From Macrostomum hystrix (lineage: Eukaryota > Animalia > Platyhelminthes), in contig CATNEN010000037.1 of NCBI GenBank assembly GCA_950097015.1, positions 3,038,001 to 3,102,000 on the forward strand: 64,000 bases of DNA. Reading direction: 5' to 3'. The notes under the pieces were generated by a model that ran no database searches, had not been told where the DNA came from, and saw only the letters and a list, made by a program, of their open reading frames with translations. Below, piece by piece: positions 49,601 through 61,475 of the stretch. How positions within the stretch are numbered: the stretch's first letter is position 1; each line of letters opens with the position of its first letter. Made by a program: the position numbers and the translations under genes.

Positions 49601-50536
49601 TTTGACTCTCGACGCTGCTCTGTTGATGGAGCAGGCGGCGATTGCGGCTTTGGCGGCAGTGTCGCTACTGGCTCCGTCTTCTGGCGCGGTCGTTGCATTT
49701 TTATTGACAAAGTGTACGCATCCGGCGACTGGTTTAGCTCTGCCGATGTGATCTTCAAATTCACGAGTATTATCTTATGCAAAACTTTGATTTAAATTTT
49801 CTACCCCATTCAGCCAATCAGATAAAAACCTGCCCGCCATCCCATATTAAAAACTCCAATCCTTCCCCCATTAGCCAATTAGATCACCCCATCAACTCCT
49901 CGCTCTCTTCCTCGCTCAGCCAATCAGATATATTCATGCCCCACCACCCCATTAAAATCGTCGACCCTAATTCTTGTATTAGTTGTCAGCTTACCGACTG
50001 CGGCTGCAGGCGAGCGCTTTTTAGTTGCTGCGCGAACTCACTGTCACCGCTGTTGCGACCGTACTGCAGTAGGCCGGCGTACACTCGCTGAAGCTGTGAT
50101 TTTAATTCGTCATCGCTGCCAGCTGATGTTGCTGACTTGACAACTGGAGTTGGCGGATGTAGCGGCGCAGGCGGCTGCGGAGGCTGCAGTTATTTTATAA
50201 TGGAAACGATCAAGAACTCGTAAGTCTACGAGTATACTTAGTGCTCAAACATACAGCAATCCTAATATTACCTGGGCGACTTTCTCAACCGCAAGAGCTG
50301 GGGGCTCAGCTTCGCCGTCCTTCATCGGTCGAAGCTTCCACTTGCCACCGCCGAACAGGTTAATCTGTGTGCCACCACAGCAGCATCTGGCGGCGGGGGC
50401 GACGGAGGCGGCCGCTGGTTTTGGCGAGTGCTTAGAAGACTCTACGGACGACGATGGCGATGGCGGAGCTTCCAGCAGTTTTTCCTCGCGACGAGTACAG
50501 GCCTCTGCCATTGTCTGATCGTCATCACTCTCTGAC

Positions 50537-50574
<38 letters not shown>

Positions 50575-52187
50575 AGTTACGCTACTCAAGCTAGAGCTGC
50601 TCAGCAGGTCGGATTGTGGCGCCCCGGCTTCAGTCGAGGCCGTGTCGTATCGCCAAGGTCGACAGTGGAATTCCGCCACCTTCAATGTGATGAAATTGCT
50701 GGGTTAAAAATACACAGGATATTCAGAAATCAAATGAGCTTTCTTCTTGGGGATTTTTTTTCCAACACACCTCCGTGGCGCTGCAGTTTAGTCCGTCGCA
50801 GTGGCGCCTTCTTCGACAGCCGCCAACTACAGCAACGGCCTGCACAGTCCGTTTGCCAGGGTTCAGGCAGAATGGCCCCTCATAGAGGAATGTCACCTCG
50901 CGACGACTGCGTCCGTCCGTGTCCCAGCGATGCACCGGGTCAGGCTCCGTGCCATCGGTGGTGAAGTAGATCTCAAGCGGCTCGTCTGGGCCAACGGCTG
51001 CACTGCAGTCGCGACGGTGACAGGTGCAGCCGCAGCCTCTGAGAGCCTGGTGTTGCTGGCAGCGGGAGTCTGGCATCGGGCGTGTTGAATTGGGGTGGGT
51101 CGTGATAGCGTCTACTTCGCATCAGAGCCGATTAGACAGGGTCTAGTTTATCAGAGCCAATGAGACATGGTCTAGTTTATCAGAGCCGATGAGACATGGT
51201 CTAGTTTATCAGAGCCAATGAGACAGGGTCTGGTTTATCAGAACCAATGAGACAGGGTCTGGTTTATCAAAGCCAATGAGACAGGGTCTATTTTATCAGA
51301 GCCAATGAGACAGGGTCTGGTTTATCAGAGCCAATGAGACAGGGTCTAGTTTATCAGAGCCAATGAGACAGGGTCTGGTTCATCAGAGCCAATGAGACAG
51401 GGTCTGGTTTATCAGCTAGCCAATGAGACAGGGTCTAGTTTATCAGAGCCAATGAGACAGGGTCTGGTTTATCAGAGCCAATGAGACAGGGTCTAGTTTA
51501 TCAGAGCCAATGAGACAGGGTCTGGTTCATCAGAGCCAATGAGACAGGGTCTGGTTTATCAGCTAGCCAATGAGACAGGGTCTAGTTTATCAGAGCCAAT
51601 GAGACAGGGTCTGGTTTATCAGAGCCAATCAGACAGGGTCTGGTTTATCAGAGCCAATGAGACAGGGTCTAGTTTATCAGAGCCAATGAGACAGGGTCTA
51701 GTTTATCAGAGCCAATCAGACAGGGTCTGGTTTATCAGAGCCAATGAGACAGGTTTTGGTTTATCAGAGCCAATCAGACGGGGTCTGGTTTATCAGAGCC
51801 AATCAGACAGGGTCTGGTTTATCAGAGCCAATCAGACGGGGTCTGGTTTATCAGAGCCAATGAGACAGGGTCTGGTTTATCAGAGCCAATGAGACAGGGT
51901 CTGGTTTATCAGAGCCAATCAGACAGGGTCTGGTTTATCAGAGCCAATCAGACGGGGTCTGGTTTATCAGAGCCAATGAGACAGGGTCCAGTTTATCAGA
52001 ACCAATCAGAACTATCAGATTTCTTGAAACTGCTCATCTCACCAGCCAATCCGATGATCTCAATCCTGGTTGCCGTGTCCACCCGCCAAGCGCGCCGTCG
52101 CCTATCAAATCGGCACCTGTCGCCTGGAATTGGCCGGATCAGTGGCGGTTCGGGGGGCATCGCGGGTGCCGCCACCGCTGCCGACAT
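46661..52187 (-). CDS. Putative DZANK1-like/annexin chimeric protein, about 780 aa
   Basis: Exons 52187-52043, 50997-(50808 or 50771), (50698 or 50679)-50272, 50183-49995, 49773-49501, 49039-48844, 48531-48208, 47762-47337, 46842-46661. N-terminal EIYFTTDGTEP...TFLYEGPFCLNPGKRTVQAVAV (CHB_HEX_C/Fn3-associated type). The last four exons encode four annexin repeats (VVDLLTSRSSWQRAAI, DETSLIELLCSRT, LTELLAERSNAHLR, VLRVIIGRCEVDMVQIK). Confidence 0.7.
46925..47310. repeat. Intronic 16-bp tandem (cctgaaggtttccctt)
   Basis: Direct periodicity. Confidence 0.95.
48565..48795. repeat. (GAGAG)n microsatellite in intron
   Basis: Perfect 5-bp periodicity. Confidence 0.98.
49135..49400. repeat. Imperfect about 41-bp tandem in the intron joining the DZANK1-like and annexin parts
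   Basis: agagaggcctagctgggtagggagtgaggtggctgctgata copies. Confidence 0.85.
51125..52012. repeat. Intronic 29-bp tandem (tttatcagagccaatgagacagggtctgg)
   Basis: Fills most of intron 1 of the chimeric gene. Confidence 0.96.
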
Positions 52188-52772
52188 CACAGCTGTTGCT
52201 GCTTGATAGTACTGTAAAATATTACGATTTTCTATAATGTAGGGCAACAAAAAGCTTATGCTGGTTTATGCACTTTCTGGTAGACATTCTTGATCCTATA
52301 TTAAAATTAAAATTCATGCAGATGGATAGCTTACAATTGTATAAATCAATCAAGACTTGTATTTATATATTTTTAGAGAAAAAAATGTCTAATTGTACTC
52401 AAGTAGTATGGAAGGTAAAAAATAGATCACATTTCAGCTGGCTGGTCGCGCTTACACATACTGGAAGCTTTGTGATTTAAACATATTTTTAATTAGTGCC
52501 ATTAGACAATGTTTTGAGATTAAAATTTACGAGAAAAAATACCACAAGCACCTTAATTTTTTACTTACGAGCGTATAATCGAATTTAATTTGTTAGAGAA
52601 TGCTTCAAAGAACTCGAAATAGTAAAAAATAATAAAATTCCGTTTCTAGAAATATTCCTGAAAAAGTTATTTCTAATTAAGGAAGCAGCATTTAAACAAA
52701 TAACTCAGTTGCATGGCAATTAGCGAACGAAAGTTATTAATAATTCACTCCAACAATGCCCAGTCTCATATT

Positions 52773-54033
52773 CTAGTACTCAGACTCTTCCTCGGGCTCC
52801 ACCGTGCCCTTCATCACCCTGTCTGTGATGGCCGTCAGGTCCAGAATGAACTGCTGCACGCGAGCCAGCTGTTCCGACGTCACCTCTTGAATGTCGCCTT
52901 CGGGATCAATCTCCTCGCCTTGGTCGCGGTAGCGGGACACCAGCTGGCACAGGTTGTACGTGGCCACCCGCACCATGCCGATTTGCAGGGTCCGGTCGGC
53001 CACCGAGTTCTTCACCTGAGTCCATTCAGCCTCGCGTTGCAGTGCTCGACTAGCGGCTTCGTCCAGACGCTCTCTTAGGCCGCTAAGGACATTGTTTTGC
53101 GCCAGCACCTCGTTGGCTTTGGACTCCTTGTAGCGCGACTGGTCCGTCTTGTGACCTTCGACGCTCTCTTGGTTGCCGTCCTCCCGACGCTTGAGCTCCT
53201 GGAGGGTTGAAAGTTTGAAGACTCAGGGTTTAACTCATACGTCCCCAAGTCAAGCTGCAATATGAAGGTTTGGAACAGCCTCATCCTACCTTCTTGGTGG
53301 AGCTCAGTGTCTCATAGCGATCCATGACTTCTCGAACCTCCGTGAATTCGTTTGACTCTTCGATGACCTTCTCCAGAAACTTCTGATAGCGTTCGTATCT
53401 ATCGGAGAGACCCTTGAGTCGTTCGCGCAGTTTGGAGTAGATCCGCATTTCCTCTCCGATCTCCACAATTTCCTGCTCTTTCTGACGCCGGTATGCGCGC
53501 TCGTCGCTGGCCTTCTTTACCGCGCGAACTCGCTTCGCGTCCGTCTCCTTCAGGAAGCGGTCGAACTTCAGCAGACTCTCCTTCAGCTGGTGCTCCTTCT
53601 TCTCGAGTTCTTCGCGTCGCTGTTGCAGGGACTCCATTTTCATTTGGAACTCCTCCTTCTGAGCCTGTGGACCCGAGTGGGACGAAAATTTAACTTTAAC
53701 TTCGATCCTAATCCACGTCATTTATTCTTATTACTGACCATAAAAAGTAAATAAATTAACAGATACACCAGCTGATGCTTACACTCAGTGCCGTCTCCAC
53801 CTCCATCATTTCCCGTTTCTTCTCAAGAAGCCTAGTGGCGGATGTCAGATGGTCATCCTCTCGCTCTGGCATCTTTCTGAATGTCAAATAAACGCGATTC
53901 ACTTAATAAAACTCATGACTTCCCTTTCTGAAATATCGAAAAACAATGCGTGCGGCTTTAAGGTAGCGTCAACTTACACAAGAAGCTTATCCTCAAACGT
54001 CGTCCGAAAGTACTCTTCCATGCTAACATCCAT
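52773..54033 (-). CDS. CFAP73: CFAP73/CCDC42-family (DUF4200) ciliary coiled-coil protein, about 316 aa
   Basis: Exons 54033-53978, 53876-53783, 53664-53290, 53198-52773, phases consistent. MEEYFRTTFEDKLL, DHLTSATRLLEKKRE, QKEEFQMKMESLQQRREEL, LKESLLKFDRFLKE match the family; the CFAP73 versus CCDC42 choice is from recall. Confidence 0.8.
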
Positions 54034-55623
54034 GGTGCTTCGGGCTGAAAATTTTGCGATTAAAAAATTCGTACAGTTCTTCGCCTAACTGTTTCGTATG
54101 ACTAATTCAAAGAAATTTACGATTTACAATAATAATGCAAGAAATTTTAACAGCAACCGAAGTCCTAAGATGATTTACAAATAAAAATTTATTAATTAAT
54201 AGAAAATGCATCGCTTGTGAATATATCAGAAGCCTATAATATGATCTTGAATAAATACAGATGATATAAATAATGGCTGCTTAAGATTAATTAATTGTTA
54301 TTAATGCAAAGCAAGTTCAAATTAGTTTAATTCATGAGACATTTTAAAAGACATCACTTTATTTCGCTAACGAAAATGTAGGTATAAAACGTTATGCTTT
54401 TTGCGTCAATGTGATCACACTTATAAAAAAGTATTTTCGAACACTTCAATTAGCTATTATGTACTCAAGCCTTAAGGCGAGAATCAGAACAGTAAAAATA
54501 TTCCCGACTAGTTTAGCTTGGAGCTGATGACAAGAAATACAAATTAAACATTAATTAATACTGAGATAGAAAAGAACGAATTTAATTTAGGCCCAGAAAG
54601 TAAAGAACTTGTTCTGTAATATTACTTGTATGGATTCGAATATATGAGTAAAAGTAAGAATACTAACAGAGAGACTTTATGTTTCTTCGTAAATGTAGTC
54701 TAAAAAAGAGGATTTTGAAACCAAGTCAAATCGATGTAATTTACATGAGAGAAGCTAATTAGTATTAAAATAAGTAAAAAAGCACATAATATTTCAGTAG
54801 ACCAATACAATAATATTTTTAGTCTTATCTAGATAACCTAATAGAAATAACTATATAATGTTGTGCTTTTATTTGTTTTACTTTGTCATTCCAAGAACAA
54901 AAAGAACCGTGATTCCGTGAATCTGTCAAGACAACAATTTCTTGCATACAAACAATAGTGTGTTGGTAATTATTTTTTGCTGCTTGTCTCTATTGGGAGC
55001 ATAGTATTGATATGAATTTCCTTCGCAGAGCTCAACTTTGCACATTTCAGCTGTTTTCCAGGTAAGCGCCAACGTTTTTATCACAACTTTTACTTAACTG
55101 TCAATTGTGAATTTCTGCAAATACAGACAATGTCAATGTTTTGGTTTTGCTGTCATTTTTTTCTACTGTTCTGTGTGCTATGGCTGTGGACCCTGTAGAT
55201 TCTTTTGTTCGTGTTGCAATTACGATTGTATTTCTTATATGTTTCTGTTTTTGGTTTGCATATTTTTTCTATTTTATCTAGAGTAGATTTTTGCTGGATT
55301 TAGCTAGGTTTATTGCTACTTGGCAAAATTATAAGTTAATTAAAGAGCTATGACTAAGAGCTATTGGCCTATGCTTTACAGCTTTATTGTTTGCCATGGC
55401 TATCAACATATTTGGTGCATAAGGACTATTATGTTTGTGATGCCTCATGTTAGGTTTCATGAGCAACAAGAAAATGTATAGAATATTTCTAAAATATATT
55501 TATCATATCAGTATCATTTGAAGCCACTAGCCTAGCTTGCCTATCTAGTCTTGGAAGCCAAAAGTCACAACATAAAATAACTCATTGCTGAAGTATAAAA
55601 TTAAAGTATATCTTTGCAATATA

Positions 55624-56268
55624 TACTCAGCAACAGCTAAACCCCCCAACTCACGCTGTCCCATGGGCACAAAAGTTAAGCAATGTCTTTAATTATAGCA
55701 GTATTGTGTATCGTCTCAGTATCGTGTGTAGGAACCATGAGCATGCAAAAGTGCCGTGACTCGTTGTGGCATCCTGATCACTAGCCGGTTGATGAACTCT
55801 TGGGGCAGCTGCTGCCAGGCATTCAGCACTGCCAGTCGCAACTGTTCAGCATTCTGTGGGGCATCCTGCTGAACTCTTTGCTTTACAAAGTCCCAGACAT
55901 GCTCGATGGGGTTCATGTCTGGAGACTTTGACGGCCAGTTCAATGTGCGAATGCCAAGCTGCTCCTTTAGCAGCTGCACGTGTGCTGCTCGATGTGGCAT
56001 AGCATTGTCGTCTTGAAGCATGCAGTTCTGTGGGCCGCCAAAGGTTGTCGTAGCAAATGGCAGAAACTGCTGCTGTAGCAGCTCTGCATAGGTCTGCCCA
56101 GTTACATTCTGCTCCAGAATGACAAGCTCTGTTTTGCCATTCAGTGCGATGCCAGCCCAGGTGTGCAGTGTGGCGGCAGCCTTCACACATTTCTGAGTCA
56201 CCGATGGCATACAAAACTTTTGGGCCCTGTGACAGCGTGAGTTGGGGGGTTTTAGCTGTTGCTAAGTA
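55624..56268 (-). mobile_element. Internally deleted Tc1 (DD34E) transposon
   Basis: About 50-bp TIRs (ctcagcaacagctaaaccccccaactcacgctgtc... / ...gacagcgtgagttggggggttttagctgttgctaag) flanked by TA; ORF 55716-56210 has QDDNAMPH..WPSKSPDMNPIEHVW with D-E spacing of 34. Confidence 0.92.
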
Positions 56269-56834
56269 TATATTATAAAATTCTAATTAATTAATTGCTT
56301 TACAATTCTTATAATATTCTTATAATAATTTAGTTAAATCTATACTTATTATCTGCTGAGCTATATCATGCAGCTAAATTATTATATTACCAAAGTAGCT
56401 TAGGCTAAGCCTTTGTCATGTGGCATGAACATGCTGTCTGAATAAAGCCCTTTAAATAAAAGTCATACTTGGCAGCATGCCTATAAGTTGCAAAATTGTG
56501 GACATGGCTGCCATATCCCTAATATAGAGTTGTGGCTTGCTTTTATAGACACTGTGACTATGTCTCTTAGTTACTAAACTTAAGGGCATAGCAGCTATCA
56601 ATAATTTTAGTCCTTGAAATTATTGCTTAGCCTTAGGATCCGATTGGGTAGGGAACCTAGAATCCTTAAAGTGATGTTTAGTGTTTATTTCAAACATTTT
56701 GTCTATTGATTATTTTTGTCAATCTAAAAAAATACTGTGTATAATTATAACATTTTTGTTAACCATTGACTTAAAACTGATTTTAGACAGCTGCATGGTA
56801 GTCCAGCATTGTCTGGTTTTTTCTCTGGCATCAG

Positions 56835-59394
56835 TGGCTCCAAGCAGAATCAAATTGGAGCACAAAGCAACAGGCTCTCTGATGGACATGAGATTTTTGA
56901 AATCCAAAGTAAGCGAAGTAGCTCAAATACTTTGCAATATTTTTGCTATCTGAGCTAAACTGGTAATAAATATTTGTTTGCTTTGTTTCTTTTTACTTCT
57001 AGTTCATCTCGTGAGGCCTCATTTTATGCAGACCTATTTAGAAGAGACGTGAGTGCATTTTATTGCTTGTAATTTTACTACAATGGGCCTTGTGTAGTAT
57101 TTTATAATTAGTATTAGGTCTACCTAACTGTCGATTCACTGAATGTTCTGGTCTAGCTAACTGCCCATTATTATTTGAATGTTCAGGCCCTAATGATAAA
57201 GAGCCAAGCAAAATTTTCGAATATTTGTGTTCGCATTTTTTCACGACTTTAGAATCAGGCTCAATAGATATTTTAAATGAACATCCTCATAACGACAGCA
57301 AGCGATTTCTGGACCTATTCAAGAAGAAGGACTCCGGAGCCGAGCTGATCGGCTCATTCACCTGCGAAATCGGCGCCCAGGATGAGGCGCTGCACATCTG
57401 GCGGTTTAAAGGCGGCTACCAGGTGCCTATCATTGATCGAATTGACATACACTAAAATGATTCTCATCCATTCCTTATTATGCAGCAAAATCTGTATGAC
57501 TCCTTGTGTACTCACCTCTCCGCAGGCCTACCAGAAGCACTACCACTTGTACAGGTCCGATCCGGAGCTGCTCACCTATCGCCAGAAGCGCAACGAAATG
57601 CTCCGCTCTAGGCGCAATCAGATCTGCTTGAAGTTCACCTTCTGGCCAGAGATTGGGCCGCGCACCGGCGAGCATATCTATGAGCTCAGAAGCTACAACC
57701 TGCGGCCTGGTGAGTAGTGTGAGATACAATTCAGACTACTGACAACAGTAGAAGAGCAAAGACTTGGCTGCAAAACTCTCACATAACACTAAAAAATATC
57801 GCCATAAAAATGGCAAGGTTAAAAGAGACTTCTGTGCACACTAAGAGTGGAGGGAGAGGACTGCGTGTGGCTATGGCTGACTGACGAAGGAAAACAAGCC
57901 AGAAACCGGTCTCGGTCTGCCAGCGCGAGGTTCGTTCCCCACTTTTAGTGTGTTACAGGTAGTGCTTCAGCGGCCTCTGCTTCACTTCAGCGTTGAAAAA
58001 AACAGTTGCATGAGGGCTGTGGGCAATGGCACATCATTTGGTGACACTAAACCCACAGCCAGCGAGGAGGCAATTCTGCCCACTCTACTGACTCCTGATC
58101 ACACACGCACACACATACCGTACGCAGGCACACGCTCACACAGGTGCGTACATCTGCCCTGACTTTCTCACTTACTTTTTCACTGTGCCTTGGAGGTTGG
58201 CCCTTGAGTGTGTGAATTGCACGACAAACCTTCTCTCAGCGGCTGCGCGCCAAATGAATGTGGCCTCACCGCGGAATCGAACTCAGGGACCTCGGCGCGA
58301 GAGGCAAACGGGTTAACCGCTCTGCCACTCACCCTCCATAGATCTCTCAGCATTATACTACTCTCCCTCAGCATTATACTGCTCTCCCTCAGCATTATAC
58401 TACTCTCCCTCAGCACTATACTACTCTCCCTCAGCATTATACTACTCTCCATCAGCATTATACTACTCTCCATCAGCATTATACTACTCTCCCTCAGCAT
58501 TATACTGCTCTCCCTCAGCATTATACTACTCTCCCTCAGCACTATACTACTCTCCCTCAGCACTATACTACTCTCCCTCAGCATTATACTACTCTCCATC
58601 AGCATTATACTACTCTCCCTCAGCATTATACTACTCTCCCTCAGCATTATACTACTCTCCCTCAGCACTATACTACTCTCCCTCAGCATTATACTACTCT
58701 CCCTGAGCATTATACTACTCTCCCTCAGCACTATACTACTCTCCCTCAGCATTATACTACTCTCTCTCAGCATTATACTACTCTCCCTCAGCATTATACT
58801 ACTCTCCCTCAGCACTATACTACTCTCCCTCAGCACTATACTACTCTCCCTCAGCATTATACTACTCTCCCTCAGCACTATACTGCTCTCCCTCAGCATT
58901 ATACTACTCTCCCTCAGCACTATACTACTCTCCCTCAGCATTATACTACTCTCGCTCAGCATTATACTACTCTCCCTCAGTACTATACTACTGTCCCTTC
59001 AGTACTATACCACTGTCCCTTCAGTACTATACTACTGTCCCTTCAGTACTATACTACTGTCCCTTCAGTACTATACTACTGTCCCTTCAGTAATCTATTG
59101 TTCTTTTCCACCCGGCCGTCAGGCAACCTTCTCGAGTGGGGCAACTACTGGGCCCACGGTCTGCGCTGTCGCGGCTCCGACGACGAAGCCGTCTGCGGCC
59201 TGTTCTCGCACATCGGCGACCTGCACCAGGTGCACCACCTGTGGTGCTACAACGATCTGGTGCACAGGAACGATGTGCGCGACCTGGCCTGGCACAATCC
59301 GGCGTGGTCTGAGACCGTGCGCAAAACTGTCAGCCTGGTTGAAACAATGAGCTGCCGAGTTCTGAAGCCGACACCGTTTAGTCCGCTGCAGTGA
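56835..59394 (+). CDS. NIPSNAP: NIPSNAP-family protein (5' exons unresolved)
   Basis: Exons 56835-56908, 57003-57048, 57299-57422, 57526-57709, 59123-59394, phases consistent. GAQDEALHIWRFKGGY, IYELRSYNLRPGNLLEWGNYWA, LHQVHHLWCY, FSPLQ stop. Confidence 0.9.
58010..58340 (-). mobile_element. SINE family A copy in NIPSNAP intron
   Basis: Minus strand head ggagggtgagtggcagagcggttaacc, B box gagttcgattcc, shared body. Confidence 0.88.
58345..59090. repeat. Intronic 21-bp tandem (cagcattatactactctccct) grading into a cagtactatactactgtccctt variant
   Basis: Direct periodicity; starts next to the SINE head. Confidence 0.96.
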
Positions 59395-60394
59395 TTGCTG
59401 ATTGAGGCCAACTAAATCCCAGCTGTTACGTAATTGAAAATTTAGAATTTGTTATGTAGCTTTTCGATAACACATTTTCCACTCTCTTTATCTATCAAAT
59501 CAGGTTGGTTGATCTGGTAAGATTGATCGATTCGTCTATGGCCTTGACTCGTTAGTAAGTCCTATCTAATATGATGAACCCCCATTAAGGGCATTGTTTG
59601 CTACTGAGAGTTGTTTTCGTTTTTTAAGATATAATCTGCCAGGAATTTTTGACGACCATAATGACAACTATATTTGTTTAATGGTGCTGCAGCAAGGTAG
59701 TTACTAAGATATTTTCCTAGTTGCTGTGCCGTTGCTGTGGTCTAGAAAAATTAACGCTTAACTCTTACCCTGAGTGTTTCGCTTATTGTTTAGCTTCCGC
59801 AGTCTGTGGGTTCCTGTGTTCTTTTGCTTAGCTCCTAATTTGATCATGATTATTGTTACTCAAGTATATTTTATTAGTTGTTAGTACTCTTAGTATAGTT
59901 GAAAACTGTTTTAGAGCTTAGAAATTTTCCGTAAATAAAAGTCTGTAGTTTTGCCTAAAAACAGCAGTAGATTTTTGTCTAAGATTCTAACGTTGCTACT
60001 TACTTTTGGTTACTAGTAGTATGGCTAGATTGTTATATATTTTTAAGGCAACACTGTTTCATAATTCGCTTTAGCTTAGCTGTTTGAGTAGACTATGTTT
60101 TTCACTGTAAATCGTACCTTTCGACTTGTTTGTCCTAATAAGATACATTTTAGGTCTGAATTATGATTCATCCATTAGATTTTCGTGGCCTTAAACTGTA
60201 TTTGTATGAACGCAAAGCCTAATTAAAAGTTGTTTCAACTACAGACTATATTTACAATTAAAAATTAAGTTGAACAAGTTAACAGCTATAAGTGTCGTTG
60301 CGTGCGTGCGTGCTTGACCTGGATCACTTAGACTAATTGAGAGTACAGTTCTGCATTCGAAGTTGATTTTTTTCATTACTGACTTGCCTAACTT

Positions 60395-61475
60395 TTCTCT
60401 CCCTCGGTGTCAGCCTTCACCGTGTCATCTCTCCCTCAGTGTCAGCCTTCACCGTGTCTTCTCTCCCTCAGTGTCAGCCTTCACCGTGTCTTCTCTCCCT
60501 CAGTGTCAGCCTTCACCGTGTCTTCTCTCCCTCGGTGTCAGCCTTGTCCATCGTGTCTTCTCTCCCTCAGTGTCAGCCTTCACCGTGTCTTCTCTCCCTC
60601 AGTGTCAGCCTTCACCGTGTCTTCTCTCCCTCGGTGTCAGCCTTCACCGTGTCTTCTCTCCCTCGGTGTCAGCCTTCACCGTGTCTTCTCTCCCTCAGTG
60701 TCAGCCTTCACCGTGTCTTCTCTCCCTCGGTGTCAGCCTTCACCGTGTCTTCTCTCCCTCGGTGTCAGCCTTCACCGTGTCTTCTCTCCCTCAGTGTCAG
60801 CCTTCACCGTGTCTTCTCTCCCTCGGTGTCAGCCTTCACCGTGTCTTCTCTCCCTCGGTGTCAGCCTTCACCGTGTCTTCTCTCCCTCAGTGTCAGCCTT
60901 CACCGTGTCTTCTCTCCCTCAGTGTCAGCCTTCACCGTGTCTTCTCTCCCTCAGTGTCAGCCTTCACCGTGTCTTCTCTCCCTCGGTGTCAGCCTTCACC
61001 GTGTCTTCTCTCCCTCGGTGTCAGCCTTCACCATGTCTTCTCTCCCTCAGTGTCAGCCTTGTCCATCGTGTCTTCTCTCCCTCAGTGTCAGCCTTGTCCA
61101 TCGTGTCTTCTCACCCTCAGTGTCAGCCTTCACCGTGTCTTCTCTCCCTCAGTTTCAGCCTTGTCCATCGTGTCCTTCTCTCCCTCAGTGTCAGCCTTGT
61201 CCATCGTGTCTTCTCACCCTCAGTGTCAGCCTTCACCGTGTCTTCTCTCCCTCAGTTTCAGCCTTGTCCATCGTGCCTTCTCTCCCTCAGTGTCAGCCTT
61301 GTCCATCGTGTCTTCTCTCCCTCAGTGTCAGCCTTGTCCATCGTGTCTTCTCTCCCTCAGTGTCAGCCTTGTCCATCGTGTCTTCTCTCCCTCAGTGTCA
61401 GCCTTGTCCATCGTGTCTTCTCTCCCTCAGTGTCAGCCTTGTCCATCGTGTCTTCTCTCCCTCAGTGTCAGCTTT
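60395..61475. repeat. 32-bp tandem (tcaccgtgtcttctctccctcagtgtcagcct)
   Basis: Direct periodicity. Confidence 0.96.

Noticed and set aside
54880-56660. Candidate 5' exons of NIPSNAP (e.g. 55029-55061, about 56637-56647)
   Set aside because: Could not be joined into a unique phase-consistent model without transcript data
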